From Azolla caroliniana (taxonomy: Eukaryota; Plantae; Polypodiophyta), in NCBI GenBank assembly GCA_043228905.1, contig JBHGNT010000003.1, positions 14,756,001 to 14,820,000 of the forward strand: a DNA stretch of 64,000 nt, in the 5' to 3' direction. This document shows positions 13,201 to 23,349 of this stretch, one piece after another. Positions within the stretch are counted from its first letter, which is position 1. Each line of letters starts with the position of its first letter. Below the pieces are notes generated by a model. That model was not told the origin of the DNA and ran no database searches. It was given only the letters and a program-made list of their open reading frames with translations. The position numbers were made by a program, and so were the translations under genes.

Positions 13201-16200
13201 TGTTGTACATAAGGATGTGGATGCACGCTACATGTGGATATGCTTAAAAAGAGGGGATCTTAGGGAACTATATATTGCAATTTGCTACTTTCCACCTGCC
13301 TATTCAAGGTTTGCACCTCTAGGTGAATCACCATATCTACCACTATATGATGATATCATAAGATTTGCTACTATGGGGGATATAATACTATTAGGAGATT
13401 TAATTGCACGAACCAAGGATGAACAAACAACTATATTTAACACCGACGAGGCTGTCTATGGAGAAGTTATGGTGGAAGAGGTTGGTCTAAAGAGAAAAGC
13501 TCAAGATATGAGTGCTATAACTGAATATGGAAAGCACTTTCTAGCCTTGGGAAGCGCGCATGGACTCGTGATATATAATGGCTTGTCACAATGGCCTGGA
13601 TCAGATGCTTTGACATGCTGGAACCCAAAAGGGGGCTCAAGCACAGTCGATTATCTAATGGGATCTCCATCTCTTATACCTGAAATAAAAGTGTTCACTA
13701 TATCGGGAAGACCTATTGGCTTGGCAGCTGATCATGCATATCTACGCTTTGAGGTAAAGGATGGATGCACAAAGAATGTATATGCTAAGGAGAGTGGGCT
13801 GGCCAGGTATCTATTCACTCGTGAGACAATTGATGTCTATAGTTGTGTATACAATGGCATGCTAGATTTGGATCCTTTCACACCCCTTGAAGAACTTACC
13901 CAAGGTTTATCCAAATCATTGCATAAAGCAGCCACAAAAGCCTTCCCCCACACAACGGCTAACCCCCCCAAACTTGGTAGAGTAATACAAAATAGTTGGT
14001 ATGATGATGAATGTCGTGATACAAGGAGATGCTTGCAACGTGATATAACTCGGGGCATTTATACATACAACCAAGCGAGAGCAACCTTCCAACGCCTCGT
14101 AAGGAGGAAGAAGAGATTGTATTTGGTTAAATTTGAAGATCATTTGTATCGCTTGTTTCTAGGACGAGAGAGTAAAAGAGCATGGAAAATGTTTAATGAG
14201 AGGCAACCCACCACACAACTGACCTCACCTCAAGTGTGGCACGAATATGCAAAGGTTCTATATGATACCCCGGGGCAACCTCCTCTTCCCCACCCGAATG
14301 CCTCACGCCCACATGAATCAACCTTCTTTACACCACAAAATGTAAGAAATGCCATTGATCGGCTACAATTCGGGAAGGCCCAAGATCATGATGGCTTGGT
14401 GGGTGAACACTTTATCTATGCCCGTGACACCTTGCTCCCATTGCTAGCACACATCTTTAATAGAGCCATGTGCGAAGGTTTTCCTACTAGATGGACTCAG
14501 CATACCATTGTGCCAATCCTTAAGAGTGGAGACCCCATGATGCCAAGCAACTATAGGACAATCATGATTGGCCATTACTTGGCTAAACTATATGGCTCAA
14601 TTCTGGAATCAGAATTGAGTATATGGGCAGAGCAAAATGGTTGCCGTTCAATTGGACAGGCAGGCTTTCGGAAGGGTTTCACAACTTTCGATCACATATT
14701 CACCCTCCGGGCCCTTATTGAGGAGGGCAGAGCCCACAATAAGAGGATTTATTGCTGCTTTGTGGATTTCCAAAAAGCCTTTGACACTGTGCCACGTGCT
14801 CGGCTTATGCAGCGGCTAGAGGCCATTGGTGTTCCTATAGATATGCAATGGGGAATCTATGCACTCTATGAATCTGTTTCAAGAAAAGTTCGGTCTCCTA
14901 AGGGCTTGTCAGAGGTGGTGGCCAGCACAATTGGCGTGAAGCAAGGATGCCCACTATCCCCCACACTCTTCGGTCTCTATATAGATGAGGTATCACAGTA
15001 CATAGAGAGATTTGGTGGTTCCGGAGCACACCTAGCAGGTATAGCTATACAGATATTACTATATGCTGATGATATTGTGTTGATCTCTGACTCTCCGGAG
15101 GGACTACAAAGACATCTAAATGCCTTAAAACTATTTTGTACGGACAAAGGTTTGTCAATCAACATGAATAAAACTAAAGTGATGGTGTTTAACACCACCC
15201 AAGCATGGGTAACAAGATCAGAACCAGAATTCTTCTTGGGAGAGGAAAAGGTGGAATACACACGCTCCTACACATACCTAGGAGTAACATTTACAGGACC
15301 TAGGTTCTCCTTACAGGAGGCCGCTTGTGCCCGACTTTCTCGTGGATATGCAGCCCTGGGTGCTCTCGAAAGACAATGTGCACATTTGCAGTTCCAAGAG
15401 CCACGGACTAAGCTATGGTTATTTGATACACTTGTCACACCAACTCTTCTCTATGGAGTAGAGACATGGGGACCGAGTCTTAACAAGGAAAATCATTGGA
15501 AAGATTTAGAGAGACCTTTAGTGTCAATGATTGCTCGCATGATAAGGAGCAAAGCATCGGTGCCCCACGATATAATCCGGGCAGAGATGGGAGCAGCACC
15601 TATAATAACCGAGGCATTGTTCCGATCAGTGACATTTATCCAACGTCTTTGGGAGCTCCCCAAACGAAGGTACCCAAGGTTGGCACTTATGTCATCAAGA
15701 CAATTGGCTGAAAATGGAGACACTCATTGTTGGTATGCTGAAATGCAGCAATGGTTCGAGTCACATGGCATGAGTATAAATGCACTACCCCCGTTCCAAT
15801 ATAGCTTGGACTGTCCCCATCTCAATATGACCAAAGTGGAAAAGAATAGAGTGATCCGAACTGATATTATTAACTTAGAAAACAAGATAACATGGATCAG
15901 CCCCAAAATAGCACTTGGTACAAAGATGTCCCACTATAAGACACACTTCTTACATACATCGGAGGATGGATTTGTCATAAGGCCACCTTATATGGACATA
16001 CATCTATCCTATGCGTTGCGTAGTGTGATAGGGCAGCTGCGAACTTCATCACATCAGCTACAAATTGAGGTGGGCAGATATACACGACTACCTCTAGAAG
16101 AGAGAATTTGCCAATTGTGTCATCAAGGAGTGGAATCTGAAGAACACTACGTTTGTCATTGTAGTGTCTTTTATGAAATCAGAGGGAGATACCATTGCCT

Positions 16201-19200
16201 CTTTAAACAAGGCTTTGGCCCACTACGCAAGGTAATGGAATATGAGGACCAAAGATGCCTAGGACTTTTCTTGCTCGAGCTCAAGAGACATCGGGAAAAG
16301 TTGTTGAAGAATACAGCCACACAAGCTCATCCACAAAGAACAATCACAACTTTCTTTAGCTCCATCACTCCTAATGCTAGAAATCAACCCCGGGATACAG
16401 AAATGGGATCTAGACCAAGATATAACAAAGGGGTTACGATTGATCAGGCAATGGCAATTTGCCGTGCACGTAGGCCCCGGCCCCATGGACCACGACCCCG
16501 ACACCCTTGTCATCGACAAATAAAAGCCATTATCTCCCGCCATCGTAGGTGCTTCCCTCGCTTTGGAGACATTTCCATTCTAGATCGACCTATGATAGAG
16601 ATCTTTCGGAGACAAAGGCTACAATACACCTAACTTGAGAATCTCGCATGTGCCAAAAACCAGATTCTCTCGTCTCTTTTCTTTTCATCTTATTTACTTT
16701 TATATCTATTGTGTAATATTTACTTTATTTTGATTTGTTCTCAAAGACGAGAAAACATTTAAGATGTAATCTCTTATTCGGTCTTATAGGCCATTTTGGC
16801 CTCTTAAAAGACGTTAATATATCTTTCTTTCTTTCTTTCTCTATGTTTGCCCTATGTGTATTTATACTTATACATTGTATGGTCTATTTACAAATGTAGG
16901 CACTGCTACTGTCATTCCTATTATAGCAATAACAGTTATTCAGCCGACTAATCCTAGTCGACTCCAGTGTCGACAATCCAGTCGGCCCGACAAGTTGGTC
17001 GTGCCTTTGACTTGGACTCTCCTATTGTCGACTCCCCCAGTCCACTCGGCCCGACCAGTCGGCTGCTCCCATAGGAGGGACATTCCTAACAAATGCTACA
17101 AGTCAATCATGGGATACAAAAATCGGCTCCTGACCAAGACAAAACAAAGGGGTTACAATAGATAGGGCAATAGCAATTTGTCGTGCATGTAGTCATTGGC
17201 CCCATGGACCACGACCTCAACACCCTTGTCATCAACAAATAAAAGCCATTATTTCTCACCATCACAAGTTCTTCCCTCACTTCACAGACCTTTCCATTCC
17301 AGATTGACCTATGCTAGAGACCTTTCGAAGACAAAAGTTACAATACATCTAACTTGAGAATTTCACATGTGCCGAAAACCAATTTCCCTCGTCTCTTTTT
17401 ATCTTATTTACTTTTATATTTACAGAGTATATTTTATTTTATTTTGATTTGTTGAATTGTTGTTCTCAAAGGTGAGACAACACTTAAGATGTAATCTCTT
17501 GTTTGGTCTTATGATCTACAATTCTTTAAAAGCCTTCTCTCTCTAGAATTTGTGACGCTTTAAATGCCTTCTCACTCTTCCACTTTTTCTAACATATTCC
17601 CTCTTATTCCTAGTTTATTGTACCTGTTTGGTAGTACAAGAGTCACTTAACTACCAAACAACCATTTCACCCACGTTCCCCAATTTTGTGGGTTAGAGGA
17701 TGCTTTGACCTACATCACTCTAGAGTGCAACATACATAACGCATCTTCTTGTCCATATGGTATGTACTAAGATGTAGGATACCAAGCATTCACTTGGTTT
17801 TCCCAAGTTCACCAAAAGCTCATTATCCTACGAAAAAGAAGCTGAAACACCCAATAAAACCCAAATTCACCAAAACCCTACTATCATGAGTATCAAAGCA
17901 AGCACATGTCTATGATTGACAGACTGAACAAGCTGTAAATGTTCCTCTAAAGTCATTACTCTTAACTTCTACTTTTTGACATAGAGGCATTGAGGTATCA
18001 ACATTAGTACGAAAGATTAAGCAAAATGATTAATGGGAAAGTTGGCTCTAACACTTTAAACCTCATGACTGTCCCAATGTGAAAGGGGACAATCTTTTCT
18101 TCGGCATGCTATGAACACGGCTTATGAACTTTTTTAAGCGTTCCTTGAATCTAATCTTTTCTAGTAATCACTCTTTTTGTACATGTGAGTCAATTGCTCT
18201 TCTTAATCAAGGCAAGGTTTTGCTAGACTAAGGTAAGGGAAGTTACCAAAATAGGTTAAGTCCGGTTAGCGGCTCAAGGGTGCTTGACAACCACTTTCAT
18301 CCAACTCGCCGTCAATAGGGTATATGACAATTCATACCCAACATACAATATTGCTCTGGGGGTAACACTCCGCCAATATTATGACATATGCTAGATGCAA
18401 ATACCTTAGGGCGATACAATATATTTTTCACCATGAGAAAATTCATTCTCATCTCACTGCCCACCATCAAGTTCTCAATACTGCTTATTGTTCTACTCAT
18501 CCTCCCTTAACACTTGTGTGGAGCACATACATTTTTTTACTAGGTTTCAAATCTTAGGCTTAGGTTAAAAATCACCCCCACACAATAAGATTATTTGCTA
18601 TGACCATATATCTTAATCATCTTTATAATACTTTGAACAAGATTAAGGCAAACATTAACAAGATTAGCATGCTTTGTTTCTCCATTATCATGAGCAATCA
18701 TTTCCTCGTTGATAACATTACAAGCATGTCAAAATACATCCCCGTGATTGTGATATCAAAGATCTAGAAGCCTAGAGTGCAAATATGATTTAAACTACAC
18801 ACTTCACATATCATTACTCTTTTTAACTAATAGTTTTACACTCTTTGGTTTATGCATTGATAAACTCGAAGTGGCTAATAGGGTTGTAAGAGAAGAAGAA
18901 TTAGACACCCCAAAACTAATGCAACAAGTTATCTTATTGCTTTTATATGCGGATGATGTGGTTATCTTTTCATATGATAATGGTATGCAACGTTTACTTG
19001 GAGCATTAGAAGCATCTTGCCAAAGTAGTGGATTGACTATAAATGTAGATAAAACAAAAATGATGGTAGTTTGAACCATCCAGCCTTACCAAACCCCTAT
19101 GTTTAAATATAAGGGAGGACATGTACAACTTGTACAAAGCTTTAAATATCTTGGTATCAATGTAACTGCCACAAATAAATGGAGTGTATGCTTTGAGGCT

Positions 19201-22200
19201 AGACTTCAAGCTTGTTGGAAAAGTTATTATATGTTGGAAAATAAATGCAACCAGAGTGATACTCATGGATGGGAAGTGAAACTAATGTTATTTAATACCA
19301 TGGTAACACAAGCTTTGCTTTGTAAAAGGTGGAGAGATACTATCTCTCTTAATGCATGGAATTTTGTTGAGAAGATTCAAAAGATGTTTTTAAGGAAACA
19401 ATTGGGAGTAAAATCCATCACCTCCTATCAAGTTATGCTCTTAGAAAGAGATGTTTGGCCTATACAGATATTGGTGCAACAAATAGAATATAGTACAGTA
19501 AAAAAGGCAAGAATATGGCCAAATCATTTTGCATAATGGACATACATACATATGATGCATTATCATGCCCAAAGCATGAAGACTTTCTATGTTTATTCCA
19601 ACCAACTCAAGGCCCCCACATATCATTCATAAACCTCTAGATTGTGTATGTCGTTACACAATTATGAAAAACCTTCACAACCCAAACATAATTTCATCTC
19701 CTACGCGGAGTTTCTTCCAAAGTCTGAAAATTTTCTTGGTGTACAAGGGTTCCACCTCATCTAGCATTATTCTTCCTGTTCGCCTCGAACTTTAACTGAA
19801 TGTCAAAGTTTTTTTTTCTTACAAGAATGTAACATTAGTGCAAGTTCATGTTGTTAGTTGAAGGTTTCGAAGCTTCGAATCTATAAGCATCTTCTTGGTT
19901 GGTCTTGCCCATCTTCAATTAATTAACAAGATGAAACAGAAGATTAATCTCTAACAATGCTAGCAACAATACCTTGGAGAAAGTTTGGGGGGATAGGCTG
20001 TGACAAAGGAGCAAGTTCTAGAAACTCATGAGATTATAAAATCTCCCACATATTCTTTTAAAATACATGTGTTCTAAGTTAGTTGCTAGGTTATATTTGT
20101 TCAAGTCTAACACTTTCCACAATCATAACATTTGGTCCTTGTGAAAACAAATTGCAGCCTGTACGGCTCTAGGTTACATAGTTATATTCAAGCATAGGAT
20201 TACGGTTCATTGCTTGTTATACCTCCTTTTCATTGCTTTTTCATGGCAACGTCCTCATCCAAACCTCTTATGAACACATGGTTATATAAACATGATGAAG
20301 CCAAAGAACCTTCATTTTCAGCAAACACAAATTCAAAGAACACACTAATTCTACTTTAAAATTAGGACGTTGGTATGTATATCCACCTCTCTATTGACTC
20401 AAATGACATGGCACAGAATCAAACTACCCATACTTCATCAGCCTCAAATGACATGGCACAAAATCAAAATATTAAATTTTTGGTCCCTTGTGAATACAAC
20501 TTAGAATTACCAAGACTTCTTACACCTATAACAAATGAGCAGCAAGAGAAGCTTTAGATCATATAGGAAAACTATCTACCAACAGGCTCACTTCATCCAA
20601 GTCAAGGCCATTATTGATCACTGGATAGAGCAATGAAAACCATTGATCAAAATATAAAGAGATAATTTTGTAGTCCTAAGTTACATTGAGATTGTTTATA
20701 GAGCCTTAATTAACTGACTTTGCAAACACAAATGTTTATATAACAGAAACCAATTGGACATCAATTCCACGGCTTGAAAAATGCTTACCTGTTTTGCAAG
20801 GGATGAAGCAATCAAGTTTGAAGTTGCAACAGAGAGAAACATGAATATGTAACCAACCTGATCACAGAAGACTGTACCCGGACCTGATAGAGGGACTATT
20901 CAATTAATATTCTTACTTCTCAGAATATTCTATTGATATAAGTACTCCTCAAAATGAAGAAATATGAGCATATCTTCTAAGATAGAATACAACCTAAACA
21001 GATAGATAAATCCAAAGTGGAAAGAAACACAAAGCTTCACATATATTCTCATGAAAACATCATAATTAGCACTTCCATATATGAAGGTGGTCTTAGAAAA
21101 AAACTAACACCTACCCATGCTTCACTTTATAGTTCATGACATTTGTTACACATGCACATAAGTACATACATGAGGTACATATGCAAACATAGGTACATTC
21201 TTGCACAAAGGCATATATATACATAATATCCCCAAAACATAAGGCTAAACCAAAAGTGGGAAGAAACATGAAGCTATGCATAATATATATTTGTTGTAAA
21301 AACTGTAGTTTAGATATAGCTTGGTAATTATAAACCTACCAAGAGCTGCAAGCTCCAATGAGCTACTGTTTCCAACAACTGCCGTGTCAATCAGACTCAT
21401 GATTGGTCCAGACAACCAGATTCCAAGCACTGGCCCAGCAAAAAAGATAATTTCACTAATCTGTTTCATCATACTTTTGAAAGTCATCTTCTGTTCTTCT
21501 TCTTCCACCTCTTTTTCTTCATCCACCATAGCAAAGTTTCCCTTATTATTGGTGCTTGAGAAACTTTCATGTAATACCCCTGAATCAGTAGGACAAAAGG
21601 TAGAACTATGTTTACCAAAGAACCTGCATAGCTGTTTATTGAATTAACAAAAAAACTTCACATTTTTCTTATCAAAGGAGTGCATAATATATTAAAATCT
21701 TTGTCTGAAAAACTAAAAACGTCACATGTTTGTTACCAAAATAACACTGGAAAGTTTCAAAATTCCTTTACAAAACGAGAACATTAAATCTTCAGATCTT
21801 TGTTGATAAAAGAAAGCAAAAACTTCGTACGTTATGCTGCCCGTTATGTTTCTTTTTCTATAAAGATCCTTGTCTTTAAAAGAGAAAAGGAAATACTCGA
21901 CGTTTTCTTAGCACAAGAAAGAGTATGTTTTTATGACCCTATATGATCAATTCAGTTAAAGAAAAGTTGGCATTGTGGATTAGACGCTATGCACCTTCCT
22001 AACGAAAAAAATCAGGAAACCTTCAAAACCTTGTTAGAGCATAGGAAAGAGGAAATTTGACAATAAATTGTGGTTGGTAGAAGAAAACAGAAAAACCTGC
22101 ACAATCATGTTAATAACAGAAAAATTATCGCATCTTTGTTTCTAAAGAAAACAGAAACACTCCATCATATGTTCTTTATTACTGAGAGCATAATCATTAA

Positions 22201-22586
22201 TGGGGGGGGGGGGGGGGGGGGGCAACATCACAAGCATAATATAATAAATGAAAAAGTGTTCCTTGCAGCATTTTACCGTCGGAATGCAAAGATGAACACG
22301 ATGATGATGATGATGATGATGATGATGAAGAAGCGTCGGTGGCTCTGCAGACATAATAAGAAAGTGGCCGAAAGGTTTCAATGTGGCTGATCGCCGTCAA
22401 TGGTGAGTCCCCCCCCACCCCCGGCCCCGGGAGAAGAGCTATGGAATTTGAGAAAGACAAAGGTATCCTGCATTTCCTGTGGCGGGTGAAATCAGTGAGC
22501 AGCGGAGAGTGAGATATGGAGGAGGTGTTGATGGTGGAGGAGGAGGAGGAGGAGGAGGAGGAGGAGAGGATGAGTCGAGCATACAT
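4273..22586 (-). CDS. DTX46: Chloroplast MATE efflux transporter, EDS5/DTX46-47-like (N-terminal half visible, spliced)
   Basis: GT-AG exons in consistent phase: 22586-22277 (Ser-rich transit peptide), putative 22096-22030, 21623-21340 ([35 protein letters not shown]), 20883-20789 ([31 protein letters not shown]), 6595-6487 ([13 protein letters not shown]), 6403-6348 ([19 protein letters not shown]), 4926-4871 ([19 protein letters not shown]), 4634-4496 ([24 protein letters not shown]), 4410-4273 ([19 protein letters not shown]). Later exons not recognisable in window; the two 5'-most exons are less certain. Confidence 0.88.
6790..8100 (-). mobile_element. Degenerate LINE ORF2 (RT) fragment
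   Basis: Decayed reverse complement of ~14430-15900 ([14 protein letters not shown]; [20 protein letters not shown]), many stops and indels. Confidence 0.85.
8290..8480 (+). mobile_element. Small Ty3/Gypsy pol remnant (RNase H-integrase linker)
   Basis: Reads [19 protein letters not shown]...[27 protein letters not shown], typical of the segment before the Gypsy integrase zinc finger. Confidence 0.5.
8990..11430 (+). mobile_element. Older 5' part of RTE-X-like LINE (upstream region, frameshifted ORF1, ORF2 endonuclease), 3'-truncated
   Basis: ORF1 start 9360 [19 protein letters not shown] parallels 11876; ORF2 10723 [18 protein letters not shown] parallels 12938 up to KGGAST at ~11430. Confidence 0.9.
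9650..9932 (-). mobile_element. Antisense 3'-end fragment of the same LINE family inserted in ORF1 of the older copy
   Basis: (GAAA)n followed by the reverse complement of 16545-16825; flanked by duplicated gataga. Confidence 0.88.
11431..11763 (+). mobile_element. Ty1/Copia fragment (integrase-RT linker and RT start)
   Basis: [12 protein letters not shown]...[17 protein letters not shown] then [32 protein letters not shown], the canonical start of Copia RT. Confidence 0.85.
11876..12931 (+). CDS. LINE ORF1p (coiled coil plus RRM/CTD-like)
   Basis: 351 aa; heptad-rich middle and C-terminal LIIRF...[17 protein letters not shown]...[12 protein letters not shown] motif typical of LINE ORF1. 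Confidence 0.9.
   Translation: MESEGTDTEKMDLNTHDEGPDLLKTTRRYHRRKGRDLNSVRRVHKEPRTQAPSDIPSDVENGKHDLLRHLIAQEINRIREDIEIALKEEIKKEIEKQKSELYASIKAELLEEMRKDIISHVKKSHLELKDDMTQYLKDEISSSKVELGAIKVDFEKGQEAVERCISIVSQWEMQTWADIAKDAKAQAEHAQNEIKANAPWIEVVKKQKGTSMDRMAMMNATLEEEAKRKARALHVRVVGWAEKGSPQEDAKNLATKIGASDIPFASAWRAGRDESRAKALIIRFMDIDKKKAFLSKRKALKGEKIYLDDDLTPAQVAQRKENMPRVLDARKEGKWAVYRDGKVIITEKRTA
12938..16633 (+). CDS. LINE ORF2p: apurinic-type endonuclease, reverse transcriptase, C-terminal CCHC
   Basis: 1231 aa; WNCNG, YTETH, LLGD, STVDY, ADH (APE); [37 protein letters not shown] (RT); [14 protein letters not shown]. Confidence 0.96.
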   Translation: MAYETLRMTIWNCNGSLRTDVGYFEDTLKNTDIAMYTETHQCMASKLPEVQGYRWESICRPQPRTQGSTRGSGGVAMLYKEELHGRVHVVHKDVDARYMWICLKRGDLRELYIAICYFPPAYSRFAPLGESPYLPLYDDIIRFATMGDIILLGDLIARTKDEQTTIFNTDEAVYGEVMVEEVGLKRKAQDMSAITEYGKHFLALGSAHGLVIYNGLSQWPGSDALTCWNPKGGSSTVDYLMGSPSLIPEIKVFTISGRPIGLAADHAYLRFEVKDGCTKNVYAKESGLARYLFTRETIDVYSCVYNGMLDLDPFTPLEELTQGLSKSLHKAATKAFPHTTANPPKLGRVIQNSWYDDECRDTRRCLQRDITRGIYTYNQARATFQRLVRRKKRLYLVKFEDHLYRLFLGRESKRAWKMFNERQPTTQLTSPQVWHEYAKVLYDTPGQPPLPHPNASRPHESTFFTPQNVRNAIDRLQFGKAQDHDGLVGEHFIYARDTLLPLLAHIFNRAMCEGFPTRWTQHTIVPILKSGDPMMPSNYRTIMIGHYLAKLYGSILESELSIWAEQNGCRSIGQAGFRKGFTTFDHIFTLRALIEEGRAHNKRIYCCFVDFQKAFDTVPRARLMQRLEAIGVPIDMQWGIYALYESVSRKVRSPKGLSEVVASTIGVKQGCPLSPTLFGLYIDEVSQYIERFGGSGAHLAGIAIQILLYADDIVLISDSPEGLQRHLNALKLFCTDKGLSINMNKTKVMVFNTTQAWVTRSEPEFFLGEEKVEYTRSYTYLGVTFTGPRFSLQEAACARLSRGYAALGALERQCAHLQFQEPRTKLWLFDTLVTPTLLYGVETWGPSLNKENHWKDLERPLVSMIARMIRSKASVPHDIIRAEMGAAPIITEALFRSVTFIQRLWELPKRRYPRLALMSSRQLAENGDTHCWYAEMQQWFESHGMSINALPPFQYSLDCPHLNMTKVEKNRVIRTDIINLENKITWISPKIALGTKMSHYKTHFLHTSEDGFVIRPPYMDIHLSYALRSVIGQLRTSSHQLQIEVGRYTRLPLEERICQLCHQGVESEEHYVCHCSVFYEIRGRYHCLFKQGFGPLRKVMEYEDQRCLGLFLLELKRHREKLLKNTATQAHPQRTITTFFSSITPNARNQPRDTEMGSRPRYNKGVTIDQAMAICRARRPRPHGPRPRHPCHRQIKAIISRHRRCFPRFGDISILDRPMIEIFRRQRLQYT
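17085..17512 (+). mobile_element. Second 5'-truncated LINE 3' end
   Basis: Diverged match to 16370-16790. Confidence 0.85.
17520..17687 (+). repeat. Copy of 8999-9165 including an 11-bp-stem inverted repeat
   Basis: ccttctctctctagaat...cctgtttggtagtacaagagtcacttaactaccaaacaaccatttcaccc at both places. Confidence 0.85.
18835..19590 (+). mobile_element. Degenerate RT fragment of a different LINE family
   Basis: LFGLCID...[13 protein letters not shown]...[14 protein letters not shown] ...[10 protein letters not shown]...[15 protein letters not shown]. Confidence 0.85.
22202..22567. repeat. Microsatellites at the MATE 5' end: G-run (22202-22222), (GAT)n (~22299-22327), (GGA)n (~22535-22564)
   Basis: Seen directly; the two triplet arrays encode poly-Ser in exon 1 on the minus strand. 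Confidence 0.9.
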
Positions 22587-23349
22587 CTTCCCGAAGCTTC
22601 CAGAAGCTTTTCTAGATGGATAATAAATTCATATAATACCAAATTTTATATATGTATATATATATATACTCAGTCTCTTCTGCGTATACATAATACATAC
22701 ATATGTACATAGTCTCTTCTGCTCATGACTACATATGTATTTGCTACCAAATCATAATAATGAGGGAAGCGAATCGCCACCACATCTTTATCTGAAAAAA
22801 GCGGCCCCTTATAAAATCTGATTTTTGGTAGGCCGACTTATTTTCATACCTAAACGCTATCACTCAAAGCGACTCAAATTTATGTTAGCGTTTCAAACAC
22901 TTCAAAGTCCATAATAATAAAAAACTGACATCAAAATCTCCGAGTTTTTTGGAAATATAAAATCTTCACCATTAAAATTAAAACACGGGCAAATTGTTTT
23001 CCCAATGTAGAACAAAAAGTCAGAGATCATTCCAAACAACGTTTCATCCCAAATTTGAGCCACCATGAAAATTTCAAACCACCGGTAGTCAATTGTGAGC
23101 AACCAAAATTTCAGCACGTGTTTTGACAGTACTAGAAACTTTAACTTACACAAATTTCCACCCATAAAAAGTTTCAAAGATCACAAGCTATCCAATGTTG
23201 AATTCGGAGACCAAAAACCTAAAAATGAAAACTGAAAACTGAACCCATACAAAAACGCAGAGATCATGGCTCTTGTGGGGAGGATTACAAAATATAACCA
23301 CAATTTTTATAGCAATCAGCATTCAAGTCCTTAACGTCAAGGTCAAGCC

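Larger units (their letters stand above)
11764..16841 (+). mobile_element. Full-length, ORF-intact non-LTR retrotransposon (RTE-X-like LINE) with (TCTT)n tail
   Basis: Two uninterrupted ORFs 6 nt apart, pyrimidine-rich 5' leader, 3' UTR ending in tctttctttctttctttct at 16821-16840; 5' boundary approximate, no TSD recognised. Confidence 0.9.

Noticed and set aside
20397-20467. 45-bp-period two-copy repeat ctcaaatgacatggcaca.aatcaaa
   Set aside because: Ordinary local intronic duplication
22070-22712. Poly-His, poly-Met, poly-Gly and poly-Pro ORFs
   Set aside because: Alternative-frame readings of the microsatellites in MATE exon 1
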